A DNA stretch of 63,869 nt, counting the filler, from Deltaproteobacteria bacterium (GTDB lineage Bacteria; JACQOV01), in the NCBI GenBank assembly GCA_016202395.1. It is 8 parts of 8 records of this genome, joined end to end, with 100 filler letters (N's around TTAATTAATTAA, not from the genome) between each part and the next. Parts side by side here need not be neighbours in the genome. Positions count along the whole stretch, not along the records: positions 6,632 to 17,066 come from JACQOV010000001.1; positions 17,167 to 26,370 come from JACQOV010000028.1; 6 more parts are not named here. One strand, written 5' to 3'. The notes under the pieces were generated by a model. The model saw only the letters and a program-made list of their open reading frames with translations. It was not told where the DNA came from and made no database searches. Shown piece by piece: positions 16,471 through 26,111 of this stretch. Each line of letters begins with the position of its first letter. The first letter of the stretch is position 1. Both the position numbers and the translations under genes were made by a program.

Positions 16471-16653
16471 TACTAAGGAGTTCATAAGTATCTATACATC
16501 TTTCGGCGTCTTTTGGCCTGCGACTTCGTCAGGCTTCACAGAAAAAACCTCAACGTATCGCAGTGGATACGCCTCGGTTTTTTCTGCTCGCCTTCCTCGT
16601 CTCGGTTCAAAATCCACTCGAATTCTGTATAGATACTTATGAACTCCTTAGTA
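16471..16653. repeat. 183-bp palindromic MITE with 28-bp perfect terminal inverted repeats (RPE-like)
   Basis: TACTAAGGAGTTCATAAGTATCTATACA ... TGTATAGATACTTATGAACTCCTTAGTA; related cores at 26252-26370 and 46330-46419. Confidence 0.85.
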
Positions 16654-16714
16654 AGTATTTTGTATGGCTATACAAAACACTTGAATTTATTTTGTATTCC
16701 TGTATAATTTACCT

Positions 16715-17066
16715 ATGGCTCTGAAGTCTCGTTATTTGGTTCAAGCCGTTGTAGAGGACCTTCAGCAAGGCAAGATGGTCTTTTTAGGGGGACCCCGCCA
16801 AGTGGGTAAAACCACTTTTGCAACCAAGTTAGTTGCCCAAGGGTATCAGAGTCAGTATTACAATTGGGATCAAATATCCCAGCGGCGCCAGGCTTTAAAA
16901 GGTCTATGGCCAGCAGAAACAAAATTGATTATTTTGGATGAGTTTCACAAACATCCCAAATGGAAAACGTGGCTCAAGGGGGAATACGATACCTATAAAG
17001 ATCGATTTAAATTTATTTTGACGGGAAGCGCGCGATTAGATCTCTATCGTCGAGGAGGAGATTCCC
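16715..17066 (+). CDS. AAA+ ATPase (AAA_14/DUF4143 type), truncated at contig end
   Basis: GPRQVGKTT, IILDEFH, FILTGSA. Confidence 0.85.
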
Positions 17067-17177
17067 NNNNNNNNNNNNNNNNNNNNNNNNNNNNNNNNNN
17101 NNNNNNNNNNTTAATTAATTAANNNNNNNNNNNNNNNNNNNNNNNNNNNNNNNNNNNNNNNNNNNNAAATTTTTTTC

Positions 17178-17280
17178 TTGTTTGGCCTCGCGGGTGGCAT
17201 GGGGGGGGGGACCCCAAGGCGCGCGGACTGTGGAGCACGCCTGGGGTATGCCCCATGACAGGACCCACGAGGCCAAACAA
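17178..17280. repeat. Long GC-rich nested hairpin at contig edge
   Basis: TTGTTTGGCCTCG...CGAGGCCAAACAA enclosing CATGGGG/CCCCATG and ACCCCA/TGGGGT stems. Confidence 0.6.
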
Positions 17281-17288
17281 CTACATTC

Positions 17289-18203
17289 TCAATCATGCTT
17301 TCCTCCAGCCATCATTCGATACGAATGCAAAATCGCCGGAAAGATCGCATCTAGCGATTCTGCGGTCCCCTTCGATGATCCTGGCAGATTCACGATCAGC
17401 ATCCCCCCCTTCAGCCCCGCTCTTCCTCGAGAGAGCATCGAATAGGGGGTCCTTTGTTGACCGAAGGAACGGGCCGCCTCCATAATCCCTGGAACCTCTC
17501 GATCCAGGATCCCTTCCGTGGCCTCCACCGTGACGTCCCTGGGACCTAACCCGGTGCCCCCTGTTGTTACAACTAAAGAAAAATCCTTTTTGTGGAAATC
17601 GAGCAACGCTTGCTGAATCTTCTCTTTTTCATCCGGAAGAATCAGATAATCCACACCGGAAATGCCAAATTTTTCTAATCGCTCTTTGATGATTTTTCCA
17701 GATCGATCTTCCCTTTTCCCTGCAAAAGTTCCATCCGAGGTCACAATCACGGCCGCTTTAAACCCTTTAGGAAGCATCTCTTGAAAACTCGACTTTCCTC
17801 CTTCCTTTTTCAGAACTTTGACATCGGTGATCTCCATTTCAGCGCTCAAAGGCTTGAGCATATCAAAAATAGTTGTCGCCGCAATCTGAGCCGCAACAAG
17901 CGCTTCCATCTCAATCCCAGTCTTCCCCACCGAGGTGACCTCGCTTGTGATTCGCGCGGAGTTTTCTTCAAGTTCGCAGTGAATCAAAACTTGATCGATC
18001 GGAATGGGATGACAATAAGGGATCAGCTCCCAGGTTCTCTTTGCAGCAAGCACTCCTGCAGCACGGGCAATCTCCAGGGCGTCCCCTTTGGGACCACTCT
18101 TAGAGCGAAGAGCCTCCACAAGCTGTGGAGTTAAACGTAAAACGGCCTGCGCCTTCGCCGTGCGTAATGTTGAGATTTTATGAGCTGTTGAAAACATATT
18201 CAC
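17289..18203 (-). CDS. moaC: Bifunctional MoaC-MogA/MoaB molybdenum cofactor biosynthesis protein
   Basis: LIPYCHPI and KTGIEMEAL (MoaC); TTGGTGLGPRDVT and NLPGS (MogA/MoaB). Confidence 0.93.
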   Translation of the reverse strand: MNMFSTAHKISTLRTAKAQAVLRLTPQLVEALRSKSGPKGDALEIARAAGVLAAKRTWELIPYCHPIPIDQVLIHCELEENSARITSEVTSVGKTGIEMEALVAAQIAATTIFDMLKPLSAEMEITDVKVLKKEGGKSSFQEMLPKGFKAAVIVTSDGTFAGKREDRSGKIIKERLEKFGISGVDYLILPDEKEKIQQALLDFHKKDFSLVVTTGGTGLGPRDVTVEATEGILDREVPGIMEAARSFGQQRTPYSMLSRGRAGLKGGMLIVNLPGSSKGTAESLDAIFPAILHSYRMMAGGKHD

Positions 18204-19192
18204 CCTCCCACAAAGCGGATCTTCGGAAGTTCCTCTGGATTCTTAGTCGTAATTGGATAAGTCATCCCATGCCCCGCGGGTTTCGACCGCACGGCTTGAA
18301 TGATGATCCTTTCAATCATTTCGTCTACAGGCTCTGCACCCCGAAGCCACGGTTTCAGTTCGACCTCGGCATTTGAAAAGAGACACGACCGCAATTTCCC
18401 ATCTGCGGTTAAACGCAGACGAGAACAGCTGTCACAGAAAGGCTCCGTCAGTGAGGCAATGAATCCGACATTCCCCTTTCCATTCTCAATCCGATAAGAT
18501 TCCGCAACCTCTTGACCACGAGGTATTGGCGCCAATGTAAAATTCTCTTTCAAGAGATCCCGGACCTCCTTTATCGGGAAAACCCACTCGGGACGCCAAC
18601 CGGTCCCGCACAGAGGCATAAACTCGATGAATCGAACCTCAATCGAACTATTTTTGGCCAACCCCCCAAAACGAAGGATCTCTTTTTCATTGATCCCCTT
18701 CATAATGACAACATTGATCTTCACTTTGAGGTCCGCCGTAAGCGCCTGTTCAATCCCCTCCCATACGTCCTCAAATTTGGAACATTTCGTAAGCTTCGAA
18801 AATTGAGTGTGATCCAAACTATCTAAACTGATATTGATCCGTTGCAAACCCGCATCTTTCAACGGTTGGGCCAATTTCGAAAGGAAAAAGCCATTCGTTG
18901 TCAGTGCCAAATCTTTCAACTTGGGAAGCCCCGCGAGTTGTTCTACCAATTCGACAACATTTTTTCGAAGAAGCGGCTCCCCGCCGGTGATACGAAGACG
19001 ACGTCCACCTAGTTTCAGAAAGATCCTAGCGACTCGCGCAATCTCTTCGAAGGTGAGGATCTCCTCCCGCGGAAGTGTAGGAATCCCCTCCGGAGGCATG
19101 CAGTAGATGCAACGGAAGTTACAACGATCGGTCACTGAAATACGGAGATAGTCAATCGTGCGACCGAACGAATCGGTAAGTATAGAAGACAT
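18200..19192 (-). CDS. moaA: GTP 3',8-cyclase
   Basis: YLRISVTDRCNFRC.YC radical SAM motif, FC..C.R.R, C-terminal GG. Confidence 0.97.
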   Translation of the reverse strand: MSSILTDSFGRTIDYLRISVTDRCNFRCIYCMPPEGIPTLPREEILTFEEIARVARIFLKLGGRRLRITGGEPLLRKNVVELVEQLAGLPKLKDLALTTNGFFLSKLAQPLKDAGLQRINISLDSLDHTQFSKLTKCSKFEDVWEGIEQALTADLKVKINVVIMKGINEKEILRFGGLAKNSSIEVRFIEFMPLCGTGWRPEWVFPIKEVRDLLKENFTLAPIPRGQEVAESYRIENGKGNVGFIASLTEPFCDSCSRLRLTADGKLRSCLFSNAEVELKPWLRGAEPVDEMIERIIIQAVRSKPAGHGMTYPITTKNPEELPKIRFVGG

Positions 19193-19198
19193 CGCGAT

Positions 19199-19384
19199 CC
19201 CCTTTCCAATTCATTTTGATGGGGACACGATACTTTGATCTGGGGACACGATACTTAATTTAGAATTAAGTATCGTGTCCCCAGATCAAATCCCCAGATC
19301 AAAAATCGGGAGGCAGAGCCGTTTCCAACTCCACCCATCGGCTTCCCCTTCCTAGGCGGCCCCTTAGAAAGAGAAGCTCAAGGT
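19199..19384 (-). promoter_or_regulatory. Moco/Wco RNA motif (riboswitch candidate) with a REP insertion
   Basis: Minus strand GAGCTTC..CTAAGGG..GAAGCC-GATGGGTGGAGTTGGAAACGGCTCTGCCTCCCG...TTGGAAAGGGG directly before the moaA ATG. Confidence 0.75.
19213..19306. repeat. GGGGACAC-type REP cluster containing a perfect 27-bp inverted repeat
   Basis: 19234-19260 pairs with 19264-19290; related element at 33376-33424. Confidence 0.85.
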
Positions 19385-19435
19385 TCTAATGCGCTGAAAC
19401 ATAGTCCAAGAAGCGAGTAACCTCCATGATAAGGA

Positions 19436-19789
19436 TCAAGTTGAAACATGATTTGCATCAGGACATTTACTAAGGACAATGTCTCCATTTTCTACACACA
19501 CATCATAAACCTGGACACTCTCCCCCTTTTCGCTCCCAACGCCGGTCCGAAATTCAAATTTCCGGGCGTGATAAGGACAGATCACATGATGATTATCGAT
19601 AATCCCCTCACAAAGTGGGGCATTGCGATGAGGACAACGATTTTGGAGCGCAAAAAGGCCTCCTGAACGGGGCCGAAAAACTGCGATCTCTTCTTTGCCG
19701 ACAACGAAACAGAAACCTTGACCCAGAGGAATCTTTTCAACGGAACCCAGATTCACCGATCGGTTCACAAGTTTGTTCTTCTCAACCAT
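19436..19789 (-). CDS. nirD: Nitrite reductase small subunit (Rieske)
   Basis: NRCPH and CPYH Rieske motifs; follows nirB. Confidence 0.85.
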   Translation of the reverse strand: MVEKNKLVNRSVNLGSVEKIPLGQGFCFVVGKEEIAVFRPRSGGLFALQNRCPHRNAPLCEGIIDNHHVICPYHARKFEFRTGVGSEKGESVQVYDVCVENGDIVLSKCPDANHVST

Positions 19790-22298
19790 GATGGACAGCC
19801 TCCTTTAAAACAGGAATCCACTCGGGACCTTTGAATTGCGCGGGATCGGCAGGAAGATCGGCCTCCTCCCTCCAAGGATCTTTGTAGCTTTGCACCGACG
19901 CTTCGATGGAGGTATCCAGTCGATTACAAATTCCCAATTCATCTTCAATAAGGACCGCTTTGAGTTGACCGATCCCGATCCGTTCGGCAAAGCCGTAGGT
20001 CCGTTCCATATATTTTGCATGTTCTCGGTAATATTGGATGAACCTTCCAACATACTTCAGCACCTCCTCATGAGTATCGACCGTACATAAAAGATCCCCC
20101 TTACGCACAGTGCCCCCCGCCGCTCCCCCAACATAGATCTCCCACTTCCCTCCCTCAATAGCAACGACCCCAACGTCTTTTACATACGCCTCGGAGCAGT
20201 TGCGTGGGCAACCGGCCGTCGCCATCTTGATTTTATGGGGAGACTCGATCCCTTGGTACCGGCGTTCAATCTCTTGTGCAAGTCGGATCGAATCCCCGAG
20301 GCCATAGCGACAAAAGTCGGTTCCAACACAACTCTTGACCGTTCGAACCGCCTTTGTGTAGGCATGGCCACTCGGGATGCCCAACTCCTTCCATACCTTG
20401 GGTAGGTCTTCCTTCTGAATTCCGAGAAGATCGATCCTTTGGCCTCCGGTGATCTTTACCATCGGAACCTTGTACTTTTTAGCGACCGTTCCGATTCGAA
20501 TCAGCTCCTCCGCAGAGGTGACTCCACCATAAATCCGCGGAACAACTGAAAAGGTTCTGTTCCTTTGGATATTGGCATGCACACGATCATTAATAAACCG
20601 AGCATCCCGTTCATCCTCATACTCTTCATTCCAAATCGATTTCAGAAGTGAAGCCAACCCCGCTTTGCTCTCGGCATGCTCTTTGCCACCGGCCAGCTTA
20701 CGAAATATCGCGCTGACCGACTTCAAACCCTTCTCCTGAATCGCCGCAATCAACTCCGATTTCTCCAACGGGACTCCTGGAACGTAGTAATGCTCACTCG
20801 GATTCGATACGATCTCTCCGGCATAGGCTCGAATCAGTTGAGCAATGACCATCTTACAGGAACCGCATCCCGTGCCGGCTTTGGTGCATTTGCCGATCTG
20901 TGCAACACTCGTGCAATTCTCTGTTCGGATCCTATCCCGAATCTCCCCTTTCGAAACCCCGTTACAGTTACAGATTTGGAGACTGTCCGGCATCTCGAGC
21001 ACATCGGTGAGTGAGGAAACCTCCGGCACCCCAAACAAAAGCTCGGATCGGTTATCGGAGACCTTCCTTTCCTCTTTGAAAGTCTGCATCAGGGTGTCGC
21101 CGACTTGAACATCACCCAAAAGAATCGCTCCAATCAGTTTATCGTTTCGTATCAAAAGCTTTTGATAGATACCCCGCTTCGGCTCCCGGTAAGTCACCAC
21201 CTCACCTGCGGGGTCGAAAGATTCGGTCTGTCCCATCGAAACGAGATCGACCCCCATTACTTTGAGTTTCGTCCCCAGCTTCGATCCAGTGTATTTGGCT
21301 TTTGGGTCCGCCTCCGTCATCACATCGGCCAAAACCTCTGCCTGTTCCCAGATCGGACCGACCAAACCGTAAATTTGCCCACGGTGTTCTACACACTCCC
21401 CCAAAGCAAAGATCTCAGGGTCGTTAGTTCGCATCTGGTCGTTACAGACAATCCCCCTTTCAACTGTCAATCCCGAAGCCTTTGCGATCTCTGTAACCGG
21501 GCGGATGCCGGCGCTGACAACGACCATATCAGTCTCTAGCGGCTCCCCTTCTTTAAAAATCAACCTCTGAATCAAACCGTTTTCTCTTTCGATGCGTGTA
21601 GTGATCTTTCCACAAAAGACCGCAATCCCCATCGCCTCAATCGCCGATCGAAGGAGACGCCCCCCTTTGGCATCGAGTTGCGCTGGCATCAACTGGGGAG
21701 CGGCTTCCAGGACTGTGACGTGAACATGATGGGTCATCAACCCCCGAGCCGCTTCGAGCCCCAGGAGCCCCCCGCCGATGACGGCCGCCTTTTTACAACC
21801 CTTCGCATACTCTTCAATCTGCGCACAATCGTCCAATGTCCGGAATAGAAAAGCGCCGGGACCGCCATACCCCTCCACTGGAGGAACAAAAGGGCGAGAC
21901 CCTGTGGCGATAATGACCGAGTCGTAAGGCACTTCAACAGTGGCTGCGCCGTTCAAAGGTGGGTTTTCCGCAGCATAAGGGGAATCGTTTTTGTTGAGAG
22001 ACCTCCCGACAACGACCTTCTTTTCTCGATCGATCTCGATTGCCTTGACCCCTGCATGCAGAGTAATCCCGTTCTCTTCATACCAGGAAAGCGGGTTTAT
22101 AAAGATATCGGTCGGTGTTTCCGTTCCGTTGAGTACGTTGGAAAGGAGAATTCGGTTGTAGTTGCCGTACGGCTCGGCGCCAAACATCGTGATCTCGAAT
22201 TTTTTGGCATCTCTTTTGAGAATCTCTTCAACCACACGAGCGCCGGCCATGCCGTTCCCGATGACAACGAGTCTTTTTCCTCGATTCATTTTGGACAT
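19782..22298 (-). CDS. nirB: NAD(P)H nitrite reductase large subunit
   Basis: GNGMAG, YNRILLS, CNCN..GTGCGSC, CVG..FC and GCPRNC siroheme motifs. Confidence 0.96.
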   Translation of the reverse strand: MSKMNRGKRLVVIGNGMAGARVVEEILKRDAKKFEITMFGAEPYGNYNRILLSNVLNGTETPTDIFINPLSWYEENGITLHAGVKAIEIDREKKVVVGRSLNKNDSPYAAENPPLNGAATVEVPYDSVIIATGSRPFVPPVEGYGGPGAFLFRTLDDCAQIEEYAKGCKKAAVIGGGLLGLEAARGLMTHHVHVTVLEAAPQLMPAQLDAKGGRLLRSAIEAMGIAVFCGKITTRIERENGLIQRLIFKEGEPLETDMVVVSAGIRPVTEIAKASGLTVERGIVCNDQMRTNDPEIFALGECVEHRGQIYGLVGPIWEQAEVLADVMTEADPKAKYTGSKLGTKLKVMGVDLVSMGQTESFDPAGEVVTYREPKRGIYQKLLIRNDKLIGAILLGDVQVGDTLMQTFKEERKVSDNRSELLFGVPEVSSLTDVLEMPDSLQICNCNGVSKGEIRDRIRTENCTSVAQIGKCTKAGTGCGSCKMVIAQLIRAYAGEIVSNPSEHYYVPGVPLEKSELIAAIQEKGLKSVSAIFRKLAGGKEHAESKAGLASLLKSIWNEEYEDERDARFINDRVHANIQRNRTFSVVPRIYGGVTSAEELIRIGTVAKKYKVPMVKITGGQRIDLLGIQKEDLPKVWKELGIPSGHAYTKAVRTVKSCVGTDFCRYGLGDSIRLAQEIERRYQGIESPHKIKMATAGCPRNCSEAYVKDVGVVAIEGGKWEIYVGGAAGGTVRKGDLLCTVDTHEEVLKYVGRFIQYYREHAKYMERTYGFAERIGIGQLKAVLIEDELGICNRLDTSIEASVQSYKDPWREEADLPADPAQFKGPEWIPVLKEAVHHG

Positions 22299-22299
22299 T

Positions 22300-24483
22300 T
22301 TAAAAACCTCCTCTTTCTGCGAAGCTCAATTTCTCAACTTTCACGGCGCACTGTTTGTAGTTCGGCTCACGGGAAATCGGATCGAACTCCGAGACGGTCA
22401 GATTGTTGGCGCACGCCTCGATGTAGTGAAACGGGATAAAGAGATGCCCCGATGGAACCGTCGAGGTAATGCGAACGGCAACCTTAGGAATCTCTCCCCT
22501 CTGAGATGCGACTCGGACAACCTCATGCTGCCTGATTTTCAACTGTCGGGCATCTTCCGGATTGATTTCGACCCATGCCTCGGGGGACATCTTCTCCAAA
22601 AGTTCGATCCGACCGGTTTTGGTCCGCGTATGCCAATGTTCCACCGTACGTCCCGTATTCAAAAGAAACGGGTACCGATCGTTGGGAGGCTCCGGCTCGC
22701 TACATCCATCGACAGCCCACAGCCGAGCCTTCCGATCGGACGTGGGATACTCTCCATTCGTATAAAGGCGTTCGCCCCCCCATTGGATTCCCCCTTGAGC
22801 CTCAATCGCTTCGTACGTCATATGAGAGTAATCACAGAGTCGACCTTGAGAAACCGTTTTCCACTCCTCAAAGGCATCACGGGGCTTTTTCCAACCTGAA
22901 AAAAGGGCGTTCGAGACCCCTAGTTTCTTTGCTATCTCCAAGAAGATGTCGAAGTCCGATCTGGCCTCACCCGGCGGATCGACCGCTCGATTGACCTTCA
23001 AAACCCTCCGCTCCGAATTGGTATAGGTCCCCTCTTTTTCCCCCCACATCGCTGCGGGGAGAACAAGATCGGCGACCTCGGTGGTCGGGGTTGGATGAAA
23101 TCCGTCCTGAACCACAAGGAACTCGAGCCGAGAGATTGCGTCTTTTAAAAGTTCCTGATTCGGATACGAGACAAACGGATTGGTCGCGAGGATCCAGAGG
23201 GCTTTGATCTTCCCTTTGACGATTCCCTCGATGATGTCGGGATAAGCCCAGCCTCTCTCCTGAGGAATCTCTTCCACAGGGACCTTCCAGATCCGGGCCA
23301 ACTCTTCACGATCCTGAAGATTCTCAAATTTACGATAGCCGGGAAGGCTTGAAGTGAATCCCGCTTCGCGCGTCCCCATCGCGTTGCACTGCCCTGTGAT
23401 CGAAAAAGGGGCTGCGCCCGGACGGCCGATGTTCCCCGTAATCAGGGCAAGCGTATTGATCGCATTGACCGTTTCGGTCCCCTGAGTGCTGTGGTTCACC
23501 CCCATCGTCCAGGCAATCAGGCCCGCCTTGGCATCTCCATAAGTATGCGCGACTTTCTTAATAAGGTCTCGGGGGAGACCGGTTTGCTCCGAAACGAAAT
23601 CGAGAGAATATTTTTTGAGATGAGAGACCAACTCCTCAAAGCGATGGGTGTGCCGAGCGATATAAATCCGATCAATCTTGCCGGCATCAATCAAAATTTT
23701 CATAATCCCATTGATCAGAGTGAGATCGGAGCGGGGTTTTACCGGGAGATAGAGATCGGCGAGCATCGCCGTTTTTGAAAGACGGGGATCGGCAACAATC
23801 AAGGTCCGGCTCGTATTCTTTCTGAGATGATCCCAGAGGATCGGATGATTGTCGGCGATGTTCGCGCCGACGAGAAAGATGCAATCGGCTACTTCGAAAT
23901 CGGCGTAACAACCGGGAGGTCCGTCACTTCCGAAAGAGCGTTTATAGCCGGCAACTGCGGTCGACATGCAGAGGGTCGTGTTGCCATCGTAGTTTGTGGT
24001 CTTAAATCCGAGTTGCACCAACTTACCCAAGGCATAAAACTCTTCCGTAACCAATTGGCCGGTGCTTAAAACACCGAGGGCCTGATTCCCATAATTCCTT
24101 TGAATTCGAACGAATCGATCGACCAAGGTGTTGAGCGCTGTCTCCCAATGGACCGGCCGAAGTCTCCCTTTGATTTTCAGAAGAGGCTCTGTCGCACGAT
24201 CTTTAGAATGGATAAAATGATGTTCGGTAAGCCCTTTGGGACAGAGAATTCCATGGTTCACAGGATGATCGGAGTCTCCGTGCACCGCAACGGCGTGTCC
24301 CTCTCGAACTCCGAGGTACATGCCGCAACCGACAGAACAGTAGCCACAGGTGGTTTTAACCCAGTGATCGGGAATTTTCTCTTGAGAGGTATAACCAAAT
24401 TGGGGATCGATGCCGTAACGGTATTTTTCCTTAGCGGTGTCGATACCGAGAAATCTAGAAATATTTTTTAGAGGTGACAGCAT
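22300..24483 (-). CDS. Molybdopterin nitrate reductase catalytic subunit (NasA/NarB-like)
   Basis: CGYCSVGC...LCPKG, LCM, GQCNAMG.RE, EPNYKQCAV. Confidence 0.9.
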   Translation of the reverse strand: MLSPLKNISRFLGIDTAKEKYRYGIDPQFGYTSQEKIPDHWVKTTCGYCSVGCGMYLGVREGHAVAVHGDSDHPVNHGILCPKGLTEHHFIHSKDRATEPLLKIKGRLRPVHWETALNTLVDRFVRIQRNYGNQALGVLSTGQLVTEEFYALGKLVQLGFKTTNYDGNTTLCMSTAVAGYKRSFGSDGPPGCYADFEVADCIFLVGANIADNHPILWDHLRKNTSRTLIVADPRLSKTAMLADLYLPVKPRSDLTLINGIMKILIDAGKIDRIYIARHTHRFEELVSHLKKYSLDFVSEQTGLPRDLIKKVAHTYGDAKAGLIAWTMGVNHSTQGTETVNAINTLALITGNIGRPGAAPFSITGQCNAMGTREAGFTSSLPGYRKFENLQDREELARIWKVPVEEIPQERGWAYPDIIEGIVKGKIKALWILATNPFVSYPNQELLKDAISRLEFLVVQDGFHPTPTTEVADLVLPAAMWGEKEGTYTNSERRVLKVNRAVDPPGEARSDFDIFLEIAKKLGVSNALFSGWKKPRDAFEEWKTVSQGRLCDYSHMTYEAIEAQGGIQWGGERLYTNGEYPTSDRKARLWAVDGCSEPEPPNDRYPFLLNTGRTVEHWHTRTKTGRIELLEKMSPEAWVEINPEDARQLKIRQHEVVRVASQRGEIPKVAVRITSTVPSGHLFIPFHYIEACANNLTVSEFDPISREPNYKQCAVKVEKLSFAERGGF

Positions 24484-24486
24484 CGG

Positions 24487-26064
24487 TTAAACATACCCTC
24501 CGGGTCTTTTCTTGGGCACAACGGTGACGAAAAAGAGATAGCGTCCCGCCAATTCACTCAGTAGCGCCATCACGGCGAAAAATGAAAGCGAACCGGCGAA
24601 CTCGAGCGACTCGATTCGATTCAGATCCGTTAGCGTAAATAGTGTTAATGGAGTTGCTAGAAGGACCATTAATAAAACACCGAGCCTTGAGAGAAAGAGA
24701 TTCCGAAACCTTTGAGTCAACAGTTGAGCTGAATGTTGCAGTTCCGGTTCATCTTGATTCATGGTATTGAGCAGCTTGACCGCTATCCCTCCAAGCTGAA
24801 AAAACCCTGCAACAAGAAGGCTCGCAATTAAAAAGGTTCCTGCCACTTTAAGGGTGACCACCGCTTCACCCAACGGAAGGGTCGCCTCATGAAGATACCA
24901 ACTGAGAACCATCAACACCAAAAATGGACCTAGAAGAAAAGCGGTAGCAAAAAAGGCAACGGGGGTGCACCAGTTGTCCCAGGAGGGGCGCGCAGGAACA
25001 CGATAGATCATCGCAGAACAAAAAACTCCCACCCATCCAAAAGATATCACCCCAATTCCCAAGATCGATCGGACCCAAAGAGGGACGGAAAGAAAAGTTT
25101 GCCAGCTCAAGAGGCTGTAGAGCATCGCTGTCCCCGCAAAAAGTGTGAAGAAAAGAACCTCTCGTGAGAGCCAGGAGCGTTTCCACATTTTGATGGCTCG
25201 AATAGCGTAGAGGGGACGACCCAAGTGGAAGACGGAAGCATGGAGGGCTAGAAGCGCCGTTCCGAGCATCGTCAGATGGCCTATTTTAAGAAAGCTCTCA
25301 CAAAACGAATGGAGATGGAAGAACCGATCGAGCCATTCTAGAGCGAACAGACAACTGAACCCTCCCACCGCCAGCTGTGTGAGAACCGTGAGCAAAATCA
25401 GTGAATAGTGAGGCTTTTCCGGCTTCACACGGGAGTCATCGATCCGGTTGAGAGCAATCCCTTTTTCTTTGGAAAGCGTAATCCGAGTGGTTGATTGAGT
25501 GATCGAAGAGTCAGGCACGCCTGGAGCATTGGCTTCCGTGGAATTTTCCCTCCACTCTTCTACGTTAAAACGCTCTATCGTGAGCGCCTCTGAAGGACAG
25601 GCCTCAACACAAGCCGGCCGATTCCCTTCGGCAATTCGGTTGTGGCACATGTCGCATTTGGTAACCATTTTTCGCTCTTCGTTGTATTGTGGCGCTCCAT
25701 AAGGGCAGTTCCATGTGCAGTATTGGCAACCGATGCAGGTATCCTCTTTCATCAGCACGACACCGGTTGTTTTATCTTTATAATAAGCATCGACCGGACA
25801 CCCTTTTAAACAGGAGGGATCCTGACAATGGTTGCACGACATCGAGATATAGAAATGCTTTGTTTCGGGAAACTCACCTCCCGCAATCTCCCCCACTTGA
25901 CGCCACTGGACCTCTGGAGGGTTGTTGTTCTGCTCATGGCAAGCGACGACACAGCATTTGCATCCGATACATTTTGTGGCATCGAAGTGAAACCGGTAGT
26001 TCTCACCCGGCTGTAGTGGGATCTCCGGAGTTTCACCCTCGATGGGCAATGGTTCAGGATTCAT
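24487..26064 (-). CDS. 4Fe-4S dicluster protein fused to a DmsC-type membrane anchor
   Basis: Four Cys clusters, then L..TVLTQL.VG, S..HLGRP, SWLSRE and E..GRYLFF. Confidence 0.9.
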   Translation of the reverse strand: MNPEPLPIEGETPEIPLQPGENYRFHFDATKCIGCKCCVVACHEQNNNPPEVQWRQVGEIAGGEFPETKHFYISMSCNHCQDPSCLKGCPVDAYYKDKTTGVVLMKEDTCIGCQYCTWNCPYGAPQYNEERKMVTKCDMCHNRIAEGNRPACVEACPSEALTIERFNVEEWRENSTEANAPGVPDSSITQSTTRITLSKEKGIALNRIDDSRVKPEKPHYSLILLTVLTQLAVGGFSCLFALEWLDRFFHLHSFCESFLKIGHLTMLGTALLALHASVFHLGRPLYAIRAIKMWKRSWLSREVLFFTLFAGTAMLYSLLSWQTFLSVPLWVRSILGIGVISFGWVGVFCSAMIYRVPARPSWDNWCTPVAFFATAFLLGPFLVLMVLSWYLHEATLPLGEAVVTLKVAGTFLIASLLVAGFFQLGGIAVKLLNTMNQDEPELQHSAQLLTQRFRNLFLSRLGVLLMVLLATPLTLFTLTDLNRIESLEFAGSLSFFAVMALLSELAGRYLFFVTVVPKKRPGGYV

Positions 26065-26095
26065 AAATGATCGATTCCTCCAAGGTTACCGAACT

Positions 26096-26111
26096 TGCAA
26101 TTACTGTGCCA
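26096..26111 (-). promoter_or_regulatory. sigma54 (-24/-12) promoter of the nitrate/nitrite operon
   Basis: TGGCACAGTAATTGCA; NtrC-like palindrome TGCCTAAATAGTGGGCA about 90 bp upstream. Confidence 0.8.

Noticed and set aside
19213-19306. Short repeats as a CRISPR array
   Set aside because: Inverted and nested units with no regular unique spacers and no cas genes; no CRISPR array was seen anywhere in the window.
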